A DNA stretch of 64,000 nt from Eledone cirrhosa (lineage: Eukaryota), in assembly GCA_964016885.1 (NCBI GenBank), contig OZ024752.1:11780001-11844000 (forward strand), written 5' to 3'. Below are positions 27,583 to 39,094 of this stretch, piece after piece (position 1 is the stretch's first letter; each line of letters opens with the position of its first letter). A program made the position numbers and the translations under genes. The notes below the pieces were generated by a model. That model worked only from the letters and a program-made list of their open reading frames with translations, was not told where the DNA came from and made no database searches.

Positions 27583-28264
27583 TATATCATTGTTCAGTGA
27601 ACAAGTGAATTGACCAATTATGTTGAGGTGTAAGTTACCATAGATCTATATATATATATATATGAATATATATATATGTGTGTGTGTGTGTATGTGCATG
27701 TGTGCGAATGAGTGTGTTTGTGTATGTTTGTGTCTGTGTATTTGTGTGTGAATGAGTGTGTGTGTGTGTATGTATGTGTTTGTGTGTGTGAGTATGTATG
27801 TGTGTGTGAATGAGTGAGTAAGTATGTGTGTGTGTGAATGAGTGTGTATATATGCGTGTATATGTGTGTGTGTATGTGTATATGTATGTGTGTGTGTATA
27901 TGTGTGTGTTAATGAGTGTGTATGGGTGTGTGTATGTATGCGTGTGTGTGAATGTGTGTATGTATGTGTCTATGTATGTGTGTGTATATGCGTATATGTA
28001 TGTATGTGTGTATGTATGGTGTATGTGTGTATGTGTATATACTTGTATTATGTATATAGGTCTCGGTCGAGTACACAGGCACTAAAGCTATATCGATTAC
28101 CAATGATGTCTGTTTACAACGCCATATTGAATATGTGTCATATGTCTCATATATGAAGTGAGTAAAATTTAAGGTAAAGAATTTGATAGCAAAGTCAGTT
28201 TACGGTCGATCAGTTAAGTCAACTAAATGTCGAACCTTAAATCTACAGCGCTTATTATTACTTG

Positions 28265-28374
28265 TGGATTGGCAGTATTGGTAGAGGGTCGGACGCCATG
28301 CTTTGACGTATAGAGTTACAGCCCGAATTAAGCCGTACAGTGTTCGGCAACCATCGTTGCCCTTTTGTTCAACA
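28265..28374 (+). mobile_element. SINE head fused to a fragment identical to 22168-22223
   Basis: Junction microhomology ACAGCCC. Confidence 0.75.
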
Positions 28375-28567
28375 TACTTTTATATATATATATATGTAAC
28401 GGTGGTGAATTTGTTTTGCAAGGTGTTTGATATGAAATCGTGTGTTTGAGGAGGGTCGTATTGTTGTAATATTGCCATAAATGATAATAAAACACACTCA
28501 CTGTTTGTTTGGTTTGGATTGAAAAAATGACGTAGACATTACAACACAATGGGAGGCAACATAATAG

Positions 28568-28610
28568 TATCACTGATGATGTCACAGATGTGTGACGAAG
28601 AACTTTGATA
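28568..28610 (+). ncRNA. Degenerate hammerhead motif
   Basis: TATCA CTGATGA T GTCACA-GATG-TGTGAC GAA ... TGATA; stems I and II intact, stem III decayed. Confidence 0.5.
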
Positions 28611-28798
28611 GACAATATATATATATAATTATATCTGTATTTTTAACCGTTGGTCAATCAATGGTAAACATTGATTGCCAGATAAATTAACTGTGGAGAT
28701 ATAAAAGATACAGAAGCGAAAACCAATCTACACCAAACAGTGAGTGTGTTCTGTTATTATTTCTGGCAATATTATAACAATTGACACTTCCCAAATAT

Positions 28799-28831
<33 letters not shown>

Positions 28832-28834
<3 letters not shown>

Positions 28835-29493
28835 GAAGAAGTTTATGAAACGGAAATGCGGGTATAAAGAATATATTAGGTAACAATTGTTTCTATAGTG
28901 TGTGGGTTACCTATACCTCGCTATTTGTATAATATAAAAATATTATCATAAATCGTAGGTACACTGTAAGAGAACACACCATGTCGTCAGACCTTTATGG
29001 TAGAATGATAGGAAAATATTTTATACACTAGATACGAGAGAAATTAGGAGATAGGAAGGGAAGAGGGAAGTGAGTAAGGGGGAGGGAGTCTTTGAATTCA
29101 AGACAGTCTTGAATTCAAAGACTCCCTCCCCCTTACTCACTTCCCTCTTCCTCTTCCCTTCCTATCTCCTAATTTCTCTCGTATCTAGTGTATAAAATAT
29201 TTTCCTATCATTCTACCATAAAGGTCTGACGACATGGTGTGTTCTCTTACAGTGTACCTACGATTTATGATAATATTTTTATATTATACAAATAGCGAGG
29301 TATAGGTAACCCACACACTATAGAAACAATTGTTACCTAATATATTCTTTATACCCGCATTTCCGTTTCATAAACTTCTTCTTCATATTTTCTCCGGATT
29401 TTAAAGCATATTTTATTATACGTTGAGCAATCTCCGACGTCGGTTGACTCCATCCAATGCGACTACCTAGTAACATTGGAGTACTGATTTATT
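28832..29493. mobile_element. Penelope-like tail-out palindrome (~275-bp arms, centre 29105) in (TA)n
   Basis: 28832-29104 is the reverse complement of 29106-29384 apart from a 6-bp indel. Confidence 0.85.
29222..29338 (+). ncRNA. Hammerhead ribozyme with ~90-nt stem II (family D); mirror copy on minus strand at 28878-28994
   Basis: AGGT CTGACGA [C ATGGTGTGT..ACACACTAT A] GAA ACAATTGT T ACCT. Confidence 0.7.
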
Positions 29494-29575
29494 AATATAT
29501 ATATATATATATATTAAACAACAACAGACAACAAAAACACTACTCCTGCCCATTGGTAATCAAACTAACGTAAAT

Positions 29576-29610
<35 letters not shown>

Positions 29611-29612
<2 letters not shown>

Positions 29613-31005
29613 TTGTTTGCTATGTTAGGTGTGCCTGTGTTTGTCTGTGGTCAGGTTGTAATTGATGGATTTCTTACAGTTTGGCAAAAGCGGAAAATTT
29701 CCAAAGCCCATCATTAAGGTTTTCACATATTCCATGTTTCACCTTTTCAGTGAACTGTTGTTGACCTCTTCTTCTGCAAGTCATTAACCTACTCCTTATC
29801 ATTGGGATTTTAATGTTTGGTCGTCAGGTGATTATCTTTCTTTCTGACAATTTCATCTTATCTGTGTTTATTATTATGATAGTGTGCAGGGTGTTGGGTT
29901 GGCAGTACCGGTAGAGGGTCGGACGCCATGCTTTGACGCATAGAGTTACGGCCCTTGTCATTCTGAGTTCAAATCCCGCCGAGGTTAACTTTGCCTTTCA
30001 TCCTTACGGGGTCGATAAAATAAAGTACCAGTAATACACTGGAATAATTGCTGGCCTTCTGCCAAAAGTAGAAACAATTATTATAGCATTGTGATGTACT
30101 ATCAGTATTGCTTCTATTATTAATCATGTAATTTTGTGGGGTATATCTATAAGATAGATGTGTTGTTTATTCATGTGTTAACCCCACTGGTCCTGTCTAT
30201 TATAAAGAGACAGCAACACCTGCCAACATCACTTTCTCCAGATGATTACACTACGAGATTCTGGAATTGTTTATGAAAGATTTGGGAACTTTACTTTTCG
30301 AAATAAGACGGAATAAACTCATACGCAATTATGGAAAATCTTGATGAAAACGAATTCTATTAGAACTTAGTAGTGTTTTCAATATATTTTAAAAATTAAA
30401 GCTCTTTCACATATACACAAATATTTCTCTCTCTTTTCGACACCAGGAAATCAAAATAGTATCGTGTTAAATGTTGCATCAGGGACGTGACTAAAGGACA
30501 CTGTTTAATGTAGGAATTAAGTTTACTATAGTTCTACATCGGCTTTTTGGCACTATCCCATATATTTCAATTATTAGAAGCCTTTCACCTTTCTCACTAC
30601 ACCACAAACACACTGCCCATTCTTTTGTCAAGTATTTTCACCAAAATTAAAGCTCAATAGTAAATCAATATTCTTTTGCTCGGTCTAACGGTACACAGAG
30701 AGAAATGTTATAGAAATAATCCACTTTCCTCAACCAGTATTTCCTTTACTGTTTCCTAAATGGATATAACCAAAAGAATTTATTATACTTTGATTATTCA
30801 ATGAAGGTTAACAGGCAATATCAAGTGATTAGAAGATAATTTTTAGAATATGCAATCTCAATTGAGAGCTATAAGGAAATCTATGACATTATCCTAATTG
30901 ATATTATCTATTATCAATATGAAATTGGAAGATATAAAGAGATTTCCGTATTCAGTAAATGCGAACATTAATTAACGGAGGTATACATTAATGAAACAAT
31001 TTTTT
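29611..31005. repeat. Arm 1 of a long inverted duplication (partner 39095-40876), includes SINE 29888-30085
   Basis: Reverse-complement match read by eye along the whole length. Confidence 0.9.
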
Positions 31006-31134
31006 TTTTCTTTTAATTAATACTTACTTTATAATTTATCAGTATAGCTGCAAACTACTTCGTGGAAAACGTATCTCTACAAAATTTCATTAAAAAGATT
31101 TATATATATATATTATTGAGACAGTTATTAGAAA

Positions 31135-31410
31135 TACCAGCTTAGCTGCTTCGACCACAAACCCTGATACCGCGACCCCTAATGCAGAGGACAGGAAAAC
31201 AAGCAATTACTTCCTCTTTGCACAGGTCACCGTCGAGTCATTAGGACAGCCGACCCCCTCCGCAAAATCGGAACGTCAGCAGTCCATCTTAGGAAGGGAC
31301 CAGAGAGTTGGCGTTGCTGTTGAAGTCGTTGTCGCTGGCCATTATCCGCGGAAATGCCTTCGCGGTTTTGTCGGTGGAACGCAGCCAAAGCACCGCCATG
31401 ACTTAGGCAT
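31135..31410 (+). mobile_element. Decayed CRE-like non-LTR C-terminus (second subfamily)
   Basis: NAEDRKTSNY..VTVESLG..SLAIIRGNAFAVLS. Confidence 0.65.
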
Positions 31411-31463
31411 AGAGTCTGTCATCCACACCCCTTCACTTTCTCCTTCTTTTTCTTCTCTTACGG

Positions 31464-31742
31464 TCGTGCCCTTAGCAATGGAGACTTATGTTGTCTTTGG
31501 GCCTAGGGCTACCTCCCTACTTACCACCATAGGCGCTGAGCTGGCTAGCCGCTGGTGTGAGCCTCACGAGACGGAATGGCTCTTCCAGCGCATCTCCCTT
31601 ACCATCCTCCGGGGAAACGCCTTCTCTATTCTGTCCACCGGGGCCGTGGGACCCAATTTGCTCATCATACAGAGAGATTAGGAGGGCGAGAGAGATTGAG
31701 GCGATGACAGTGGGAGTTCGGCTCTTCCGTGTTCGGACCATA
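31464..31742 (+). mobile_element. CRE-like non-LTR 3' end
   Basis: VPLAMETYVVFGPRATSLL..TEWLFQRISLTILRGNAFSIL plus shared 3' UTR. Confidence 0.8.
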
Positions 31743-32189
31743 TCCTGTTGTTTGTGTTTATTATCTACAGTATATAGAAAATTATTTATTTCCCAAGATT
31801 TACTTACTGCAGTCGTTCTTTCTTTTACTTTCCTCTACAACCAGATCTGCTTTTCTTTACCTCTTCCTCCTTTTTCATTACTTAATTATGCTTATATCTG
31901 TTTTTAATATTCTCATCATTGTATAACCTCTGTCAATAAAATATAGTTGACATAATATGTTTATGTATTATTCGGGAGTTGGATGCATTGTACCGTATTG
32001 TATCTCGTTGGCTTAGTTTTTTTATTCGTTATATTTGTAGGGAAATGGTTTGTTGACACGATTTTCTTCGTTACCAAATTTATGGAAAAGCTTAACAACA
32101 ACTTCAAGGGTCTAGTGTTTGGATAGCGGGAATATGTGAGACAGGAAATTATTTTCATTATAACAGGCGCTCCTTACTAAAGGCTCTGT

Positions 32190-32234
<45 letters not shown>

Positions 32235-32272
32235 TTATTTTCAAAAATAGAGGTGTAACACACGAGTTGTGA

Positions 32273-32352
32273 TATATTAGTAAAAGGAAAAGAAAATGCT
32301 GACAAATTTATCACTGGGAAAAATTTGTCAGCATTTTATTTTCCTTTTACTA

Positions 32353-32358
<6 letters not shown>
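32273..32358. repeat. Short near-perfect palindrome in (TA)n
   Basis: TAGTAAAAGGAAAAGAAAATGCTGACAAATTT..AAATTTGTCAGCATTTTATTTTCCTTTTACTA. Confidence 0.8.
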
Positions 32359-32412
<54 letters not shown>

Positions 32413-32457
32413 AAGTAAAATAAAAAGTCAAATGTTTAAAATTTAGCTTCGTTTATT

Positions 32458-32512
32458 ACTGCTATATATATTTCGGTGACAGCCATCTTTGGCTGTGACC
32501 TCTTCAGACAGT
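32458..32512 (-). ncRNA. Type I hammerhead ribozyme (family E)
   Basis: ACTGT CTGAAGA GGTCACAGCCA-AAGA-TGGCTGTCACC GAA ATATATAT A GCAGT; canonical G10.1-C11.1. Confidence 0.8.
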
Positions 32513-32608
32513 CCGAATTAGTGTGGTATAGACAAGTATACTGAGGTGTTGGTATACAACCAACATATACTCAAAATCTCTCTCTCTCTCTATATATATA
32601 TATATGTA

Positions 32609-32662
<54 letters not shown>

Positions 32663-32670
<8 letters not shown>

Positions 32671-33298
32671 AAACTGAGGATGTCTGTCTGTGTGTGTGTC
32701 TGTGAGTTTCAATCCCTAAAACTCGAGATGTACCCAACCGATTTTTGTCAAACTTTACATGTGTATTACTTATGTTTCAGGGAGTGTTATGCACATCAAA
32801 TTCAACTTTTTGATTCCCTAGGGCGCGCATTAGATGAATAACTGCGTTTTTTTTTTCAGCTTTGGGGTTTTTTTGAGGCGTTACGTCAGACCGATTTCCT
32901 TGAAATTGTAACTATGTATTAGCCACTCTCTTCTTCATACCGTGTGCAAAGAAAATACAATTTTTTATGGCCTAGGGCCCGCATTAGGTGAAAAACTTCA
33001 TTTTTTCAGCTTTTTAGGGCTTTTTTGAGGCGTTACGTCTAGCCGATTTTCCCGAAATTTCAAGGCATATTATGCACATAAAAAAAATTAATTTTCTTGA
33101 TCCCCCTAGGGCCCTCAGGTGAAAACCTGCATTTTTCCTGCTTCATCGAGGTAAATCTTAAAGATTATCCAGCCATCAGAGTATTCGGTTTATTTTCTTT
33201 ACATATTGTCCAGGCATGTAGTTTTTCCACGATTAGGTCTGTTGGCGGCCCGCGTTCCAAAATACCTTATCCCGTGCAACGCCGGATACCACTGGTAG
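32663..33298 (+). mobile_element. Non-autonomous Helitron-like element with internal ~140-bp repeats
   Basis: T(T)TATATAAAACTGAG start, 3' hairpin CCCGTGCAACGCCGGA followed by GTAG|T. Confidence 0.7.
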
Positions 33299-33300
33299 TA

Positions 33301-33354
<54 letters not shown>

Positions 33355-33544
33355 GATAAATCTACCAAAATATACGGTAGTGTCCAATCCGTATGAAGAA
33401 CTCAATGTAATCGAAATATCACGAAAAGAGAAGATGTATTCAAAACATCTTTCGATGAAAATCACAGGAAAACATAGTCAAGATAAATTAATAAAAACAA
33501 TGAATAAAAACAAAGAAACAGTTCCTTATACTAAAATATTCATC

Positions 33545-33672
33545 ATTTTACGATCGTTTCTAGGATATATATGTGTGTGTTGGTATGTATATCATATAGA
33601 TCTATGTAAAAATTTTACAAACTATCAGAGGGAATATACATACCTACACATATATATGATGTCTTCAGAAAT
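33545..33672 (-). ncRNA. Hammerhead ribozyme with ~100-nt stem II (family F)
   Basis: ATTT CTGAAGA [..ATATATGTGT AGGTATGTATAT..ATATACATACC..ACACATATAT..] GAA ACGATCGT A AAAT. Confidence 0.65.
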
Positions 33673-33850
33673 AATTGTTTCTACTTTAGGCACAAGGCCA
33701 GCAATTACCCAGTGCATTACTGGTACTTTATTTTATCGACCCCGTAAGGATGAAAGGTAAAGTCAACTTCGGCGGGATTTGAACTCAGATCGTAAAGGGA
33801 CGTAACTATCCTGGAAAGCATGGCGTCCGACCCTCTACCGATACTGCCAC
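33670..33850 (-). mobile_element. Family 1 SINE, followed by palindrome 33850-33906
   Basis: Family 1 motifs; CCGTTACTTTTGGAAGAC..GTCTTCCAAAAGTAACGG. Confidence 0.85.
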
Positions 33851-33958
33851 CGTTACTTTTGGAAGACATCAGGGATATTATCCCTGACGTCTTCCAAAAG
33901 TAACGGTTGCATTTTGAAAGGGTATGTCAATATTTATTTATAAAACTGGTATATATTG

Positions 33959-34023
33959 TATTTTGTCTGATGAAAGCATACCATCATTTAACATGGTATC
34001 CTTGAAATATGTATAATAGAATG
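33959..34023 (+). ncRNA. Type I hammerhead ribozyme (family G)
   Basis: TATTTTGT CTGATGA AAGCATACCAT..ATGGTATCCTT GAA ATATGTAT A ATAGAATG. Confidence 0.7.
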
Positions 34024-34618
34024 GATATGGTTTTATAAATATAGTTTCCATTTGTTAATAACGTATATATATATATATATATATGAAAAAATGGGGAGAA
34101 GAATACTGCAGGTTGCACATGGATAACATGTAATAAAATAAGTCCCTCATCAGTGATTTGCCGACGATCATAGATATTTCATATACCTCACGTCGGTGCA
34201 ATAATAACTAAATTAAGTTATTAGGACAATTAAAACGCGTAAAACGAGTGAGACAAGATAACAACAAAGAGGAGAGCTAACCGTAGAAGGAAGGGAACAT
34301 ATATTCTACTGTTCCCTTCCCCCCACCCAAAGTTATAACATTCTGTCTCAGTTAGGAATCAATAATTGCACGTAACTAAACACGCTTAAGCTTTCTGTTT
34401 TTTCCGCTCTACCGATTTTGTCCTCAAGCACACTTCCTTCCTCCTGCCAGAGAATATGAATTATAAAACGTTATATTATGACCTTGTATAAGACACTTTA
34501 TTGCTGGCTGTGTGAAATATATATAATTTCTGCTTCACAATTACTGGATACACAAGCTGGTTGTCAGGTAGATACGTACATACCCTGTTGTTATATTACA
34601 TACATATTCTAAGATGTA

Positions 34619-34713
34619 CTCTCTCTCTCTCTCTTCCTCCATCTCTCTCACCATCTCTCTCCATCTCTCTCCATCATTCACCATCTCTCTCTCCTTCTCT
34701 CCATTTTAGCTCA

Positions 34714-34759
<46 letters not shown>

Positions 34760-34917
34760 CTTACTCTCTCTCTCTCTTCCTCCATATCTCCCTCTCTCTC
34801 TTGCTCTCACTCTCTCTCTTCCTCCCCCTCTCTCACCATCTCTCTCCATCTCTCTCTCTCTCTCCCTCTCTCTCACACACACACACACACAGTGACACTC
34901 TGTCTCTCTCACTCTCT
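34619..34917. repeat. (CT)n/(CA)n microsatellite
   Basis: Directly visible. Confidence 0.9.
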
Positions 34918-35361
34918 AATTACACCAAATAATAAACAAAAATAAAGACGAACAGAACATTTCACACATAAAATAATAAAATATCCACCGAGTATCCTTT
35001 TAAAAACAACACCATTTTGTTTTAAGTTTAAGGATGTTTTCTGTGCAAAAACATTCTGAGTAGTTACAGTTACATTGGTGACTGATAGCCGAGTAAACAG
35101 AACAATAAAAAGCAGACGAGAACTTGGCGGCCATTGGTAGCCTGTCATTCGGCACAATATAATCGATTTTTTCTCCAATAAAACTTGGGCTTGTACTATG
35201 TCAAAAGAAAATCAATAATTAGTTGCTATATAATTAGTAAGTGACTTACATCAAATAATCTTCCAGTGAGATGAAACGGCTTCATGGTTTCACTCATCAA
35301 GTAATATCATCGCAATAACTTCACCAATGCCGTTGAAGAAGGAATTCCTATTTCTTCCCAA

Positions 35362-35765
35362 TGGATTGGCAGTATCAGTAGAGGGTCGGACACCATGCTT
35401 GGCAGAATAGAGTTATGTCCCTTTACGTTCTGAGCTCAAATCTCGCCGAGGTTAACTTTGTCTCTCATCCTTACGGGTCGATAAAATAAAGCACCAGTAA
35501 TACACTGGGGTAATTGCTGGCCTTGTGCCAAAAGTAGAAACAATTATTTAATAGGTCAGTGGATTGGCATTGTCGGTAGAGCGTCGGCCACCATGTTTTG
35601 AAGCATAGAGTTATGGCCCTTTAGTTCTGGGTTCAAATCCCGCAGAGGTTTGCTTTGCCTTTCATTCTTACGGGCCGATAAAATAAAGCAGCAATGACAC
35701 ACTGGGGTCGATTTAATCGACTTTCCCAAAATTGCTGGCCTTGTGCCTCAAGTAGAATTAATTAT
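35362..35765 (+). mobile_element. Two tandem family 1 SINEs
   Basis: Family 1 motifs. Confidence 0.85.
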
Positions 35766-36579
35766 TTACTAAGGTTTGCACCCGATAATCGGTTTTGGCC
35801 ATATTGACGATTTTGTCGATTAATCGGCATCGGTCTTTTTGTCGATTAATCACTCGTTATTGTTGATTTTTTAAAATAATTATTGATAGGCACTTATGCT
35901 GGAAAAAGAAAACTATGTTAACAGAGAAATACAAGCTCCCTTTTATTCATGACAACAAAGGAGTTTCTAAGTCACCCAATTACATTACCATAGAAATAAT
36001 CTCCCCTTTTTCTTTTCTCCCATCCTCACAACCGCTCTCCTTTACTCTCCCTCTTTTTTTTCCTCATCAGTCCTTACCGTCTTCATCGTTTGCCATCTCC
36101 CCCTACCACATGCTCCAAGCGCCACCTAGTTTCTTTCTTCATTTCCGCTCTAAGCTCAATTATACAAGATATAACCAAAAGAGAGACACTTGTTTATTTT
36201 TTAACTTAGTATCGTTCTAAAACTATTATTCCATTCTGATCCTTCCCTTCTTTTATTCTACTTTGATGGCGGGTTTAACCCGAAATGTCAGCTCCTTTCT
36301 TTTCCTTTTCATTCAGCGTCAGTATTTTCATTGGATATATTTTGACTTTCTGTTCAATTGTCCGTTTTTTTTTGCACCTTCTCTATGTCTTTTGTGTCTA
36401 CTATATATATACGTATATATATATATATATACATACATGCATATATATATATATATACATACATGCATATATATATATAAATGTGTGTGTGTGTAAAAGG
36501 TAAACAGAAATAATAACACAATCGGTACAGTATGTGGAAGGAATATATTAGGTTAACGCTTGAAATAGCAGGAAGAGGG

Positions 36580-36616
36580 TCTTAACGTTTCGGACGCTAG
36601 TCGTTCATCAGGAGAA
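36580..36616 (-). ncRNA. Minimal hammerhead motif (family H)
   Basis: TCTC CTGATGA AC-GAC-TAGC-GTC-C GAAACGTT AAGA; downstream CAAGCGTTAACCTAATA shared with the 43887 copy. Confidence 0.6.
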
Positions 36617-36760
36617 AGAATGAGAAATTACATAGATTGAAGGGACGGGTGGTGTGGAATTGGAAAAAATGTTTTTAGAGAAAAATAACAGGTCCATTCA
36701 TGTTGCCCTCTCTTGGAAAACTGTGTTGTTATTTCTGTTTACCTATTTCTGTTTACATAA

Positions 36761-36806
<46 letters not shown>

Positions 36807-36905
36807 ACGCTTACGTGGACCTCTCAAATTCATGGACTTTCACTCTGAGACTGGATATACACCCGGAGTTTACCTGAACTTCCACCAGGAAATCTTTTCT
36901 CTTGC

Positions 36906-36947
<42 letters not shown>

Positions 36948-37220
36948 GATAGTGAGTAAAATCGAAATTGCAGCTATGGCAGCATCTCTCGAAAGAACTC
37001 GATAAGATGATATCGATAAATCGATAAATTAAATCTTAGAGTAATAAACATACGTTAACGGTTTGACAAATTGAAAACTTTGGCTTGGTAAAGAATGTGC
37101 CACAACAGCCATTACAACAACGAAAGTACAAACAGGTTAATACAAGCCTTGACCTAATCGATAGATATCATAAAATATCTTTGATTGATTTCTGTGAATC
37201 CTAAATCCTAAATCAACACT

Positions 37221-37254
<34 letters not shown>

Positions 37255-37259
37255 CTAAA

Positions 37260-37460
37260 ATATACGTTATTCCGGGTTGAATCGGAGGTAACCACAGTAA
37301 GTAAGGTACTCAATACATAGCAGAGTATAACAGTTTTAATATAGATGAGATTCTACAGGACTAGAACTGTTTCATTCATTAGAAATCATCAGGAATCAGA
37401 TTCCTGATGATTTCTAATGAATGAAACAGTTCTAGTCCTGTAGAATCTCATCTATATTAA

Positions 37461-37463
<3 letters not shown>
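37260..37463. mobile_element. Penelope-like tail-out palindrome with two family B hammerheads (minus 37349-37397, plus 37399-37447)
   Basis: 65-bp perfect arms around a single A at 37398; complete HHR in each arm. Confidence 0.85.
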
Positions 37464-37518
<55 letters not shown>

Positions 37519-37559
37519 CGAAGGAAATGTGGTAAGGAACCAGATGGACCATAACGCAC

Positions 37560-37730
37560 CAGAGTACTCAATACTTAGGGTAGTAGAGTGGGAAATAGGA
37601 AAAAGTATGACGCCGACGGCAGAGCTCAAGCCGTTTCGACGGCTATTTCTGGATTCAAATATCTCTGTCCAGAAATAGCCGCCGAAACGGCTTGAGCTCT
37701 GCCGTCGGGGTCATACTTTTTTCCTATATA
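37560..37730. mobile_element. Penelope-like inverted fragment pair with the 3' half of a hammerhead
   Basis: GAA ACGGC-TTGAGCTCT-GCCGT C in both arms; CTGANGA half lost at the junction. Confidence 0.6.
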
Positions 37731-38745
37731 TATATATACCACTACCAGTAATACTTTCCATATGCATTACTCCTCTTTAATTTCTACCCACAATGTGACT
37801 TAGATTCGTCACTTTAAAATGATGACTTAAATCCTATCTTCGGCTCTATTTAGGCGCAAATCAGACGATCTCTCCGCTTGATCGTCTCTACTTCCCGTGT
37901 CATTGGAGACAGTAAACTTTGTTATTACGAGCTGTATTTATTGGCTTGATATTAATCATGGATCTCTTGGATTTATGGGGGAAGTCTACCAAGGCAGTCT
38001 TCCACATTATATTACAGGTATTTATTATTATCATGAAGAAAGTAGAATCAGGTTGAATGTTTTGTTGTTTCTAACCCTATGCCTACAGGGACGAAAGTAA
38101 ATTATGTAATGGCGTCATGTAACATTTAGTCTGGAGTCCTGCTGTTGTCAGCTTTTCTATTGCCATAAGCACAGAAATAATGACTATAAGGGAGACATAA
38201 CCAACTTTGACCAAACTTAAATTTCTTGGAGCTATAATTTCTTATTTAAAAAATAGTAATATAATTGTGTGTGCATCTAAAGTCAAACGAATAATTACAT
38301 TCTACACGTTCACTCTGTTTCCTCTAGACACAAACTGAAAACATTTATTATGCCATTGGCTCTCGAACAAAAGTGGGAAGTCAGGAGATGAACAAAATAA
38401 AATTTTATGAAATCTCAAAACTATTATTTACTTAACTTGAAACAGTCTGTATAGGTGGCGAATAGGCAGAGTCGTTTGGGGGAATGTCAAAACATCCATT
38501 TCTCTCCCTCCAAAAGTTATTGGCTTCACAGATTTAGTACACTAAGAAATGATTTCTTTAAAATGACTATAATATCAAAGAATTCATTCACGTTTGTAAA
38601 TCTATAAACAACATATGTAAGGACTTTCAGAACGATTTTGCTGAAAGATTCTTCTAGCTGTTCCATTAACTGAACTTCCTCCCAATAATTGGCCAATCGT
38701 TAAATTTCTTTCTTTTCTATATATATTTTAGTCATCATATTCTGC

Positions 38746-38776
<31 letters not shown>

Positions 38777-38777
<1 letters not shown>

Positions 38778-38810
38778 TAACAGTGGTACCCGGCGTTACA
38801 CGGGATAACA
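38777..38810 (-). mobile_element. Helitron-like 3' terminus
   Basis: Minus strand TTATCCCGTGTAACGCCGGGTACCACTGTTAG|T, matching 33267-33299. Confidence 0.7.
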
Positions 38811-39094
38811 AATGAGAAAACTATTCGGAATCGCCACGTGTGGATTGTACCTGTGATTTGATGGTACAGCCTTGCCATCCAATGCTCTAAGTGTGCTTGG
38901 CAATTATATTGCATAGACTATCATCTGTGGAATATACCACTGTTCACACTAAAATTCAACGAGAAGGTTGTTCAGTCAGTTTTTTTTTTTTGTTTTTTGT
39001 TTTTTGGGGTGTCTTTTTTTTTCGAATATGGTGATTATTTAATTTATAGAGAAAAATACCTGTGATAGTTACAGAAATAACTTTTCCTGGAAAA

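Noticed and set aside
29751-29828. Exon-like segment encoding LLLQVINLLLIIGILMFGRQ
   Set aside because: In-frame TGA shortly after the acceptor, lies in the duplicated arm, no independent support
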